A stretch of 64,000 nt of DNA, from NCBI RefSeq assembly GCF_000372725.1, contig NW_005201392.1, forward strand, positions 413,660 through 477,659. The letters run 5' to 3'. Below are positions 1-12,596 of this stretch, piece by piece. The translations under genes and the position numbers were made by a program. The number at the start of each line of letters is the position of its first letter. Positions within the stretch are counted from its first letter, which is position 1. Source of the stretch: Emiliania huxleyi CCMP1516. Lineage: Eukaryota. Below the pieces are notes generated by a model. It worked only from the letters and a program-made list of their open reading frames with translations, was not told the origin of the DNA and made no database searches.

Positions 1-955
1 CCTCCTAGCCCAACCCTCCTAGCCCAACCCGTCCTAGCCCAACCCTCCTAGCCCAACCCTCCTAGCCCAACCCTCCTAGCCCAACCCTCCTAGCCCAACC
101 CTCCTAGCCCAACCCTCCTAGCCCAACCCTCCTAGCCCAACCCTCCTAGCCCAACCCTCCTAGCCCAACCCTCCTAGCCCAACCCTCCTAGCCCAACCCT
201 CCTAGCCCAACCCTCCTAGCCCAACCCTCCTAGCCCAACCCTCCTAGCCCAACCCTCCTAGCCCAACCCTCCTAGCCCAACCCTCCTAGCCCAACCCTCC
301 TAGCCCAACCCTCCTAGCCCAACCCTCCTAGCCCAACCCTCCTAGCCCAACCCTCCTAGCCCAACCCTCCTAGCCCAACCCTCCTAGCCCAACCCTCCTA
401 GCCCAACCCTCCTAGCCCAACCCTCCTAGCCCAACCCTCCTAGCCCAACCCTCCTAGCCCAACCCTCCTAGCCCAACCCTCCTAGCCCAACCCTCCTAGC
501 CCAACCCTCCTAGCCCAACCCTCCTAGCCCAACCCTCCTAGCCCAACCCTCCTAGCCCAACCCTCCTAGCCCAACCCTCCTAGCCCAACCCTCCTAGCCC
601 AACCCTCCTAGCCCAACCCTCCTAGCCCAACCCTCCTAGCCCAACCCTCCTAGCCCAACCCTCCTAGCCCAACCCTCCTAGCCCAACCCTCCTAGTCCTA
701 TCCTCCTAGTCCAACCCTCCTAGTCTAACTCTCCTAGTCTAACTCTCCTAGCCTAACCCTCCTAGCCTAACCCTCCTAGTCCAACTCCTCCTAGCCCATC
801 CCTCCTAGCCTAACTCCTCCCAGTCCCTCTCTCCTAGTCCATCCCTCTCAGACTAAACGTCCTTGCCCAAAGCTCCTACCTTATCCCTATCAGACCAATT
901 CCTCGAGACCTGTCTTTCTTAACTGTATTTCATCTAACCCTTTTCCTCTTACCCA
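1..955. repeat. Tandem 14-bp satellite (CCTCCTAGCCCAAC)n, telomere-like; degenerates after ~695 and resumes at 1435-1510 after the gap
   Basis: About 50 near-perfect copies are directly visible. The plus strand is C-rich; the minus strand reads TTGGGCTAGGAGGG. Confidence 0.95.
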
Positions 956-1434
956 NNNNNNNNNNNNNNNNNNNNNNNNNNNNNNNNNNNNNNNNNNNNN
1001 NNNNNNNNNNNNNNNNNNNNNNNNNNNNNNNNNNNNNNNNNNNNNNNNNNNNNNNNNNNNNNNNNNNNNNNNNNNNNNNNNNNNNNNNNNNNNNNNNNNN
1101 NNNNNNNNNNNNNNNNNNNNNNNNNNNNNNNNNNNNNNNNNNNNNNNNNNNNNNNNNNNNNNNNNNNNNNNNNNNNNNNNNNNNNNNNNNNNNNNNNNNN
1201 NNNNNNNNNNNNNNNNNNNNNNNNNNNNNNNNNNNNNNNNNNNNNNNNNNNNNNNNNNNNNNNNNNNNNNNNNNNNNNNNNNNNNNNNNNNNNNNNNNNN
1301 NNNNNNNNNNNNNNNNNNNNNNNNNNNNNNNNNNNNNNNNNNNNNNNNNNNNNNNNNNNNNNNNNNNNNNNNNNNNNNNNNNNNNNNNNNNNNNNNNNNN
1401 NNNNNNNNNNNNNNNNNNNNNNNNNNNNNNNNNN
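956..1434. other. Assembly gap (N run)
   Basis: Run of n characters. Confidence 1.
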
Positions 1435-1624
1435 AAACCCTCCTAGCCCAACCCTCCTAGCCCAACCCTCCCAACAAACCCTCCTAGCCCAACCCTCCTA
1501 GCCCAACCCCCAGCGGCCTCGAACTGGCAGCCACTCAGCACCATCTGTGGTGGCCCTTCAAGTCTGCTAGAGCTCTACCCACCCCCCTCCCTTGAGCAAC
1601 AGATACCACACAAGTCACTTTGCA

Positions 1625-2168
1625 CTCCTAGGCTGTGATGTCTCCTAGGCTATGATGTCTCCTAGGCTATGATGTCTCCTAGGCTATGATGTCTCCTAGG
1701 CTATGATGTCTCCTAGGCTATGATGTCTCCTAGGCTATGATGTCTCCTAGGCTATGATGTCTCCTAGGCTATGAACCTATGATGTGTCTCCTATGATGTC
1801 TTTGCTGCTATGATGTCTTTGCTAAGCTTGCTAAGCTAAGCTATGTATGTCTTTGTCTTTGCTAAGCTACTAAGCTATGTATGGCTTCAAAGCTATGTAT
1901 GTCTTTGTCTTTGTCTTTGCTAAGCTATGTCTTTGTCTTTGCTAAGCTAGCTATGTATGTCTTTGTCTTTGCTAAGCTACTAAGCTATGTATGTCTTTGT
2001 CTTTGCTAAGCTATGTATGTCTTTGTCTTTGCTAAGCTATGTATGTCTTTGCTAAGCTAAGCTATGTATGTCTTTGTCTTTGTCTTTGCTAAGCTAAGCT
2101 ATGTAGCTTTGTCTTTGCTAAGCTAAGCTATCTATGTCTTTGTCTTTGCTAAGCTATGTCTTTGTCTT
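1625..2168. repeat. 17-bp satellite (CTCCTAGGCTATGATGT)n grading into a mixed GCTAA/GCTATGTAT/GTCTTT satellite
   Basis: About 9 copies of the 17-mer to ~1775, then shuffled short units to ~2168. Confidence 0.9.
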
Positions 2169-3498
2169 CGCCATGCCTTTGCTTTGCCCTACCTGTCCTC
2201 GACCCTGCCTTCTTTGACACCTTGGATGCCCCCTTGCAAACTTTGCTACCAGGCCCCACCGCCGCCCCTTGAGTCGCAAAGGTGCTACAAGTACCTAGAC
2301 GACGAGCTATGAAATGCCGCGCGAGCGCGACCTTGATAGGGTGGCAGCCTCGCGGTGACATCAGCGCAGCGTGGACAACGTCGCTTTGCCTTGCGGCCAG
2401 GCGACCAAGAGGAGGAAATATGTCGCACGAGCCACGCGTGAAACGCCGCAGGGGTCTGCAGAGGCTGGACGACTTCCTCGCAGCATTCTCCGACGAGGTC
2501 TGCATGAACGAAGCCGAGCGGTCATCCGAACGCGACTCCCGTGAAGCTCGGTGGTAAATCGCAAAGCTCCTCACAACCGCACGGGAGAGAGAAAGAGAGA
2601 GAGAGAGGTAGCTGATCTCATTGGTCCCAGCTGATTCCCCAAAGGCACGTGTGGCAGTTCCTGACCGTAGTGCCGATCGCTGCAGGCGCAACGGGTGCTG
2701 CATGAGCGAGGCGGCGAGGCAACGTCGCGGCGTAGCGAAGCCATCTCCCCGCTGTGTGCGCGATGGCCGTGAAGTCCGCCTCGCAGGCCCTGAGACAGAC
2801 GCCAAGAGCGCCTGCCGCGGGCGGTCTCAGCTCTTGTGCCGCGCCACTCGTACAGCGCTGAGTTGGATTACACCGTCGTAGGCACGGTGCTTTCATCGTC
2901 ACCGACGCGATGCGCGAGCAGAGCCTCCGCAACGAGTTTGAGAGCGAGACGGTCAGGCTACAGCAGGAGGCATCTTTGACGCAGCAGCAGCTCGCGCTCC
3001 ACGCTGTGCGCGACCGTTATCTGGCTCGCGTGCATTTCAACCTCGGGCTGGCCGATGGGGCGACGGGTATGGCTGATATGGCGGACGCGATATGCGGCGG
3101 ATGGGTTGCGGAAGGCGATGCTTCCACAGCACTTGCGCATGCAGCGCGGCTGCGTGCTGAGCAGGCACAGCAGCGTGTTGAGCAACTTGCACGTCCCGGT
3201 GCGCAAGTCCTGTGCCAGTGGTGCGCAAGTCCGGTGTTGTGCAAATTGGTGCCGGTGCGCAAGTCACGCACGTGCCAGTGTCACGTGCCCAGTTTATACG
3301 TGCCCAGTGAGCAGTGTCACGTGCCCTGACGTGCCCAGTGTTGTGCACGTTTAGGTCTTTTGTGCGCGACCGTGCAAGTGTCGAGCGATTCCGTGTGCGA
3401 GTCTCGCTCGGCGAATCCGCTTATAGCAAAGAAGGGGGAGGGCGTGGGTCTGCGGGCTTGGGGCGCACCCCACCCCGCTCAACGCAAACACTCGCCTT

Positions 3499-3558
3499 AT
3501 AACATTCGTCACTGCTGTCTTTTACGAGCCGTTGCGGTTCGCTCTAACAGCTCTCGTT
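3499..3558 (+). repeat. 60-bp direct repeat, copy 1 (identical copy at 5795-5854)
   Basis: ATAACATTCGTCACTG...AACAGCTCTCGTT is identical at both positions. Confidence 0.9.
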
Positions 3559-5794
3559 AAGTGCCGGCCAGAAGATCCGCCCTGGGATCTTCGGCGCAGG
3601 GCGCCGTCACCGGCCCCATGAGCCGCCTGCGAGGCCATTCAGTGCTCATGTGGCACGGCCTGAGCAGGCCTAGCAATGCCTCGGGCCGACCGGCGCCCAG
3701 AATTGTTGGTGCTGGCCAGCAACGTGGCCGGCGAGTGCCGTCGTTGCATTGGTGGCGACCACCGCAGAAGCGGTCAGCAGGTGGGAAGGCATCGCTCTCT
3801 TTGTAAGGATATTGTCCGTATTCATTGTCTGGTCAATACTTCTGCCTGGATGGCACCTGTGTGCCCAACATGGCGACCCTCGGCCTCCCTCGTGAGTCCA
3901 CCTCACGCTGATCATTCTCGTCGCTAGCTCAAGCCGAGAAGTGGTCCGCCGACACCAGGAGGAGCGCAACCATCATGGCTGCAGCCTCAGACTGACCGGG
4001 TTAGGTCATATCACCGGCGTGGTGGCCCAGAAGTGCGACATTTGCTGCCCGCAGAGCGCTAGCAGCCCACTAGCCGGCACGTCTGTGCGTCGTGCGGGGC
4101 TGAACTTCAGGCACGCTGCACGCGGCTTATCGTCGAGAAGAGCTCAACCCCGGCCAGTGAGTGATGGATCTGATCATAATCAATCCCTACTGTGCTGGGG
4201 GGCTCACAGATCAGCCGTTCAGAGCTCTGATATTGGTTCCCGGCAGAAGATCCTCTAGAGGATCTTCTGCGTCGGCCAAAAAACCGTGTTCAAACGAGAC
4301 ACAATGACCCAACAATGACCCCCACGGCCAGCCCGGACATGCAGCCGACCCGGCCTGGCCAGCTGGGCCATCGGGGCGGCCGCCATCGGCCGTAGGACCG
4401 CGCTGCGGTGCCGAAAGGGGCTGGAAGATCCGCCCTGGGATCTTCGGCACTTCTACCCTTATAAGTCTCTCGTGTCGGCGCCGACGCTCTTTTAACGTAG
4501 AACGTCCCAGCTGAACACGAGAACACCGCCCGCCGACGATCGATCAGTCCACAATCGTCGGCCCGCAGCGACCCGCAGCGATGGATGCCGCCGCCCCCCC
4601 GGCCCCTACGGCCGACGCGCCGATGCACGACCGGCCTCCGTCGGACGGCTCTCCAGCCTCTCCGGCCGCTGCCGCCCGCGCTGCTGCCGATCCAGTCCCT
4701 CTCACGCTCAGCGATACCCGCACAACCTACGACAACTTTGAGGTCGCCGGCTTTGGCCAGGTGCAGCCACCACCTGCTTGCCTCCATGTTCACGCTTCGC
4801 GCCCCTCCCCCCCCGCTGACGCCGCCGCATGACCTTAGGTGAGGGGCACGACTACCCGCCTGGAAGGCGCTCTCATCAGCAAGTCACCCAGGCACCAACT
4901 CCTGGGCGTTTACGCTTGACTGCGAAACCATGCAGTGGATGCAGCTCGATCAAAACGGCGACGCCAACAGCTGGCCCCTGGGCGAGTTCCTTGCGCTCAG
5001 GATGAGGTGCGAGCCATGATGCTCGACTATCAGCGTGCACCAAGTCGCTCACATTCCGTGAGTTCGTCAACGGGCCGAACTCTCCAAGTCGACGGCGATC
5101 TCGAACTCCGACAACTGGGCCGGTGCACCAGCCACGGAGGACGATGGCTCCCTCGACGACATCCCTTCATCGACGGACGCCTTCACCGCCGCCGGCCCTG
5201 GGCCATCCAGCGCGGCCTCCGACGGCCTGCACGTGATCGAGGTACAGAAACGGTGGCTGCCGCAGCTCACACCCTAATCTATCTGCCTTAGGCACGGAGC
5301 CAACGGAGCCATCGCGCATGCCCGCATCGCGTGCGGCTCCGAGGTCTCCCGCCAAGACCGGCTCGGCGCGGCGCGTGGCCGCACGCCGCCGTTGAAAAGG
5401 CGATAGGAGAGGGGAGAGCGCCGGCCACATCGAGCGAGCGCTGACGTGTAAGGTGTCTGCGCTGCTCCGGTGTGTGTGGGAATATGCCTCCCCCCATCTG
5501 TGCGGCGAGGTGTTTGCGGTGGGTGCGAAGGCCGATCGTGCGCGATAGCCTCCCATTGTGCGTGGTGTGTCGGTGTGTCGGTCGTCCGGAGCGTGTGGCG
5601 GCGCCGTTGCATGCAGCGACTCTGCTCACGTGCCACGACTGCTTTGACTGACTTATGAGTGCTGATGGATGATCTCCGACAACCCAAAACCAAAATGAAA
5701 ATGCGGAGTGGCCCCACTTTGGCGTGCAGATCCTGCGTCTCTCACTGCCCGAACAACAGAGGCGGGTCCGCCGCAGGTCCCCCACTAGTAAGAG

Positions 5795-5854
5795 ATAACA
5801 TTCGTCACTGCTGTCTTTTACGAGCCGTTGCGGTTCGCTCTAACAGCTCTCGTT
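5795..5854 (+). repeat. 60-bp direct repeat, copy 2
   Basis: Identical to 3499-3558. Confidence 0.9.
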
Positions 5855-6622
5855 CCGTGGCTGGAGGCTGGCCTGCCAATCTGGCACGAGCGAATTGACG
5901 CGAGAGATGGATAGACAGTCAACGGCACAGCACCCGCTGCAGAAAGGTTAACGCCATACAGCTGCGCCGCCATCGCTAGTCGCCGGTCTGAGCCAACTTC
6001 CGCTGCTCGTGCACATCACTGCCGTCTCCGCGTTCGGCGGGCACAACGCTGGGCACGGGCCATGTGCAAGCGTGCAACGGGTGGGATAAGGTGGTCCAAC
6101 CCCGACGAGGAGAACGCCGATGGGACCAGTTGAGGACGGACCAGTTCAGGGCGGGCCCGTCCAGGCTCGTTGAGGGCGCGAGAGAGGCGGGGCCCTCGAA
6201 AGGGCTGCCGAGATTAGGCTCAGACTGTTAAGTCTGAACCAGAGTACCACCTTCGTACGTTCCATCTGGGTGCCGCACTTCCCGATCCTGAGCTGTTAGA
6301 AGCACTCATAGTGGTTAGGTTTTCATTCTGCATAAACTTGCAGGGCCGGCCACGAGCCAGTCTCGCGTGTGCCGCACAGAACGTGGACTGTGTTCGCTGT
6401 GTGCGGAGGAGAGACCGCGCCGCGGCGCTGGCCGCTGCCGGCTCCACCACACAACCCGGACGTCCGGGGGCAGCTGCAGAGGCTCCGGCAACACGCCCGC
6501 AGCATTGGCGGCGCGCGTTGGTTGAGTGGTGTTGGGGAGATGGGCCAGCGCTCGAACATGTTTTCACAGAGATGTTTCATACCTGCGTCCTGCGTAATAC
6601 TCATCTCACAGACGCATCACCA

Positions 6623-9600
6623 TCAGCTTGGAGGACGGCACGCGAAGAAGCAGTCGAGGTGCGCAGACGGCTCCGCGTACAGGCAGACGAACGCGCCGTG
6701 CGGCCAGGCGGACCCGTCCTCGTCGGCGATCTGCTGGCCCGGCGCGAGCCACCAGTGCTCGTCGACGCCGCAGTCGCGGAGAGACGGCAGCGAGGCGGGG
6801 TTGCACAGCCCGCGCTCGAGCAGCACCTCGCGCACCCGCGCGCCATGGCTCAGCTCGTCGAGCAGCGAGTTCGGCCCGTCGAAGGCGAGACCGACCCCCG
6901 GGGAGGCGGCGCGGACGCCGCAGACGCGCGAGAGGCCGTCAAAGTAGACAAAGCCGCCGAAGACGACGAAACGCTCCTCGTCTGACTGAGGCACCAGTCC
7001 GGTGCCGCGGGCGCCGGCGAGAGGGAAGGCCCACGCGAAGAGCGTCGCCTCTGCAGGCGCGGCGGCAGCCCACGCGCCTTCGCCCGCCGCCACGGGGTGG
7101 AGCGGCGTGATGCGGCCGAAAGCGGCGAGGCCGTGCTCCGCCACGCGAGAGAGGGCGGCGCTCTCGAGGCCGACCCGGTACGACGCCTTGCCCGCCTCGT
7201 GCGCCAGGCCGATGGCGCCGGGGCGGAGCGGCGAGAGGGTGAGCGAGAGGGGGCCGGGCAGCCTCGGCTCCGCCACCGAGCTCGCACGGAGCGCGCGGCT
7301 GCTCGGCGCCGACGGCAGAGAGTGCGCGAGAGTGTGCCTCGCCTGCGCCTCGCGCTGCATCTCCTCGGCCTTGGCGAGGTGGCGACGCGCCTCGGAGAGC
7401 ACCTTGCGCAGCCCCTCGTCCGCCCCCGCGTGCTCGAGCAGCACCGCGCTCGTCTGGATCTCGGAGTACTCGGCGACAGCAGCCTGTGACCTCGGGTCAT
7501 CTCGGGTCATCTCGGGTCATCTCGGGTCATCTCGGGTCATCTCGGATCATCTCGGGTCATCTCGGGTCATCTCGGGTCATCTCGGGTCATCTCAGGTCCT
7601 CTCGGAGTGCTCGGCGACGGCAACCTCCTCGTCGAGCTTGCGCGTCATGTTTGCGAATCTCGATCTCGGGTGAGATCTCGGGAAATCTCGTCGCGCCTCC
7701 TCGTCGAGCTTGCGCGTCATGTTTGCCGCCGAGACGAGCGACTGGTACTCGAGCCGGAGCAGCTCCAGGTTCGGCCCGCCGCCGCTGCCCAGGCCCGAGG
7801 CCCGCCGTGTGCTCGCCTCGGCCGCAGCGCGCCGCTGGCGCAACACCTCGGACGCCTGTCGGAAGAAGAGCCATCTCTCTGCTCTCTCTCGGCTCTCTCT
7901 CGGCGAGATCCGGGGCGCCTGTCGGAAGTACAGCCACGCCACGCGGGTCAGCGCGCGCCCCTCCACCGTCAGCCCGCCCTCCATCACGCCCGGGTTCGTC
8001 TCGCGCCCGCGACGGTTCCACAGATCGTGCGTCGCCTTGGCCTGCCGCGTCGTCTGCTCGGCGGGGGGCGCCTCGAGGCGGCGGGAGTGGAAGTCGATCT
8101 CCGCCCTCGCGAGTCGCTGCAGCAGCTCCTCCATCCCCGCGGACCTAGGTAGCCCAGTCATTCCTCAACTCATCCATCAAGACGAATGAGACGCAGCCAG
8201 CTCCTCCTCCCCACCGCACCCCTGCTGCAGCTGCTCGTTCTGCCGCTGCGCCTCACGCAGCTCGTCCCTCGCCTGTTCGCAGCTGGAGGCGTGAACAGCG
8301 CCTCTTCAGAGCTGCGCCTCACGCGGCTCGCCCCTCGCCAGCTCCACCTCCCCCTCGAACATGCGCACCTCGTGCGTGTGCCTAAAAGAAGAAACGACCG
8401 CCGGTAAACAAGACACACCGCCGCGCACCTCTGCGCACCGTGCGTGTGTGTGCCTCCGGCCGAGCAGCTCGTAGTTGGAGAGCTCGTCGAGCATCACCTG
8501 GTGCATCGCCCGGTGCATCGTCTACCCCCTGGCGACTCGTGCGGAGATGTGGGGCGCTATGGCGAGATATGGCGAGATCTCCTCGAGTGTGTGTCTCTCC
8601 CGGGCGCATCTCGCCTTGGGGGGTCGAGCCGCCCGTCAGCTCGATCTCGCTTCAATCTCGGGTCATATCAGCTCATCTCGGGTGATCTCGCCTGGTTCTG
8701 CCGCTCCAGCTCCTCCCGCTGCCCCATCTCGAGCAGCAGCGCCGCCTCGAGCTTCTCCTCCTTCTCCGCCGCCTCCGCCTCCAGCCCCTCGCACCGCGCC
8801 CTCCATTCCTGCGCAAGACGCTCCGCCTCCGCCACCTCCGCCCGCCGCCGCTGCTCGAGCGCCTCTGCCCGCTGCTCCGCCTCGGTCGTGAGGGCGGCAC
8901 GCAGCAGCTCGACCTCCGCCCGATGCTCCGCCTGCAGCCGGCCCAGAGCTCCTCCCTCGGGACTCAATCCAACGGCTCCTTCACCCCCTCACTCACTGAT
9001 GGACCGGCCCCTCGCCTGCAGCCGCTCCAGCCGCGCCACGCCGTCGCAGCGCAGCTCCTCCTCCGCCTTCTCCCGCTCCGCCGTCAGCCGGCGCGCCTCC
9101 TCGCGGGACGCCTCCATGGCGGCGAGAGCGCGGTGGGACGCGTCCTGCAGCCTCTGCTCGGTGCTCGCCAGCGCCGCCTCCGACCTCTCCCGCGCCTGTC
9201 GGACATGTCTCGGACATGTCGCGGACGTGTCGCGGACGTGTCCGCCCGCTCGAGGCCTTCTCCGCGCCTCCCTCTCTCGGCGCGACTCCTCCTTGGACGC
9301 CTCCTCCCCCTCGCGCGCCTTGTCTGCTGCAGCCCGCGCCGCCGCCGCCGCCGCCGCCTGCGCCTCCGCCACGGCCTTGGCCGCCGCCATTGCGGAGAAG
9401 GCCTCGCCGACTTCCTCCTGCGCCCTCGCCGCCTTCTCGGCGAGGGCGCGCGCCTGTTCCTCCGCCGCCCGCTGCCGCTGCGCCGCCTCGAGCAGCCTCG
9501 CCTCCTCCTCCCTCCGCGCCTCCTCCAGCGCCGCCTCGTCGGCAGCGCGTTGCGCCTCGGCTGCGTCCGCCGCGGCCCGCCGCTCCTCGAGCTCCTGCTC

Positions 9601-12529
9601 CACCGCTTTTCATCAGTTCATCCATCCGTTGAGAGCTAATCCAGAGCTCGAGCTCCTGCTCCATCATCCCAATCAATTCGTTCAGTGAGTGAGTGAGTGA
9701 TTGAACGGCTTAGTCCTCGAGCTCCTGCTGCATCGCCGCGCGCGTCGCCTCCAGCTCCGCATCCTTTGCCCGCGCCTCCGCCTCCGCCTCCAGCCTCCGC
9801 TTCTCCGCGTCGACCGTCGCCGCCTCCGCCGCGGCGAGCATCGCCGCGTGCGCCTCCTCGCGCTCGCGCTCCATCTCGGCGAGCCTCGCCTTTTGGGGAG
9901 AGAGGGGGAGAGAGGGGAGAGAGGGGGAGAGAGGGGAGAGAGGGGGAGCGCTCGCGCTCCATCTCGGCGAGCCTCGCCTTCTGCTCCGCGGACATCGCCT
10001 CCGCCTCCCGCTGCCGCGCCCGCTCGTCCGCCTCGCGCCTACTCTCGACGCCCCCCCGCGCCCTCTCGACCTCACCTCGCGCGATCTCGACCTCTTCTCG
10101 CCCACATCTCGAGGCCATCTCGACTGTCTCTCGGCTACGTCTCGCGCCGCTCGCGCAGCTCGCGTGCCCTCTCCGCGAACTGCGCCTCGAGGCCCGCCGA
10201 GCCGAAGACCATCGTGCGGCCCAGCTGGTAGTCCTCGTCGGCGAACCCCGCCTGCGCGAGATTCCTCGAGATGCGGTCGAGATGTACCGAGACCTGAGCT
10301 GGCCCTCCTGTCCGCGAGGCCCGCCTGCGTCAGCAGCTTGCGCACCATCGCCTTTCGCTCCGCCGCCGAGCCGCCCCAGGCGAGGCGCTGCTCCTCGAGG
10401 GTGAGTAGGTCGCGAAAGTCGTCGAGCATCGACAAAAAGGTGCGGCGGTACGGGAAGCCCGCCTGCGCGACGCATGCGGGAGATATGGGGAGATGTGGGG
10501 AGATGTGGGGAGATGTGGGGAGATGTGGGGAGATGTGGGGAGATGTGGGGAGATGTGGGGAGATGTGGGGAGATGTGGGGAGACATTGGGCGAAAGGAAG
10601 TTTGCCTGCGCGACGCATGCGGCGGCGAGCACGCCGCACGACTGCAGCTGCGACCGCACCAGAGCCTCGTCGAAATCGAAGGGCGTGCGGCGGTCGTTTG
10701 GCTTGATGCAGCGTATGAAGTGCTGGTCCGTCGCCGCGAGCGTCTCTGTCAGCTCCTTCATCGACGCGGCGAACTGGCGCGCCACCTCGCCGCGGCGAGA
10801 GTCGGCGGCGCGCGCGAGGAAGAGGTCGCGAACAAACGGCCAGCGCGAGGCGGCCATCAGCGCGGGCAGCTTCGCGTGCAGCTCGTCCTTGTTCTTCTTG
10901 AGGAAGGAGCGCGCCACATCGCCGCCGCCCGCGCCGCCGCCGCCCGCCGCGGTGTACGTGACTTGGGCGGAGAAGTGGCGGACGGTGAACGAGGTCGCCG
11001 GCTCCGCCGCTGCCGGCTTGCGGTACGCCGGGTGCTCCGCAAAGCGACGGTGCAGCGCCTCGACCAGCCGCGCGTCGTCGGGAGGCTTCGGCGAGGCGGT
11101 CTCCTCGTTGAGGATGGAGAGTAAGCCCGGCCGAGGGTAGCCTCCGCGCCGCTTTGCGCCCTCAAAGAGCTCGAGGACGGCCGAGTTGTCGGGCGAGTCG
11201 ATCAGCTCGACGCGGATGCCTACGTGCTGAATACGCCAACCTCAGGGCACGAACACGGCATTGTGCAGCGCGTTGAGAGCACCGCGTGAGTACAACGGAT
11301 AGGAAGACAGTGAATACAGCGGAGGACGTGGCCCTCTCGGGCGCTAGTTGGGAGACAAGAATACGTACTCTACTTCTAGACGCGGACGCCTTCAGACACA
11401 AACTCAGCGCGGACCAGCTCGACCGCCTCGGAGACGAAGAGCGCCTGCAGCTTCTCGTTCGCGAAGTTGATCAGCAGCTGCTCGTACCCGTTTCGCTCGA
11501 ACGTCTCCATACCAAAGATATCGAGCAGGCCGACGAAGCTCGAGGGCGGCGCCGCCCCGCCGCCCGCCGCCCCGCCGCCCGCCGCCCCGCCGACGGCGTC
11601 GCCGACGACGGAGGCGAGGGCGAGGTTGGTCGTATCGACGAGCCGCATGAAGAGCAGCTCGTACAGCGCCTGCGCGAGCGCGTCGCGCGCCTCCGCCGCC
11701 TGCTCGCAGCTGCTCGCCATCTCGACAACCTCGCTCGCCGTGTGCAGCGACACCTTGACCAGCGCCGTCTCGAGCTCTGCTGGCCCGACCTGCGTGGCAG
11801 GTGCGTGGCAGGTGTGTGGGAGGGAGGTGCGCGGGAGGCAGGTGTGTGAGGTGTGTGGGACGGAGGTGTGTGGGAGGGGGGGGGTGGGAGGGAGGTGCGT
11901 GGCAAGCGCGTGGGAAGTGCGTTGTGACGGGATGCTTCAGCGTGACAAGCTCTCCCAACCTCGAGCAGCGCCGCCGCGGCCTCGAGCGATGCACGCGAGG
12001 CGGGCGCCACGCGCGCCGCCGCCTCCCCCCGCCCGCGGCTCTGCTCGTCCGCGTCCGCAAAGCTGATGTTGCCTGTTCTCATCCCGCCATTCATCAACCA
12101 CACCTCATAAGACAGAGATGCTCGACCGCAAAGCTGATGTTGCCGACGTGCAGCACGGCGGCGACGCAACGCCAGACGGCGTCTGGTCCGTCGAGCGAGG
12201 CGGCGGCGGCGGTGGCGATGGAGGCGCTCCGGATGCGGTGGACGGGGCGAGGGAAGGAGCCGCGCTTGCGGGTCCCTTCGCCGCCGCTGGCGTGCGAAGC
12301 GGCGGGCGAAGCGGCGGCCGAAGCGACGGGCGAGGGGGCGGCCGAGGAGGCGGCGGGCGAGGCGGCTGCTGCGTGGGTGCGAGCGACAACCAGCGAGCCC
12401 GCCTCCTCGACGGGCGGAGAGGCGGGTGGGTGGAGGGGCAGGTCGAGGATAGACAGAGGCGCGCTGCGCCCGTTGGCCGTGCTGCTGTCGTGCGGTGGCG
12501 GCACGCGGGGCACCGCCCCCTCGCCCCCC

Positions 12530-12561
<32 letters not shown>

Positions 12562-12562
12562 C

Positions 12563-12596
<34 letters not shown>

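Noticed and set aside
2910..3329. 139-aa helical ORF
   Set aside because: No recognisable domain, and it runs into GTGC-rich repeats. It cannot be supported as a gene.
4581..5291. Possible small gene (MDAAAPPAP...)
   Set aside because: Stops and frame changes follow the putative first intron, and no family was recognised.
3499..5854. 60-bp direct repeats as LTRs of a retrotransposon
   Set aside because: No TG..CA termini, PBS/PPT, shared TSD or gag/pol motifs between them.
10474..10590. SPHISPHLPT / MWGDVGRCGE peptide repeats
   Set aside because: These are translations of the intronic GGGGAGATGT satellite, not protein.
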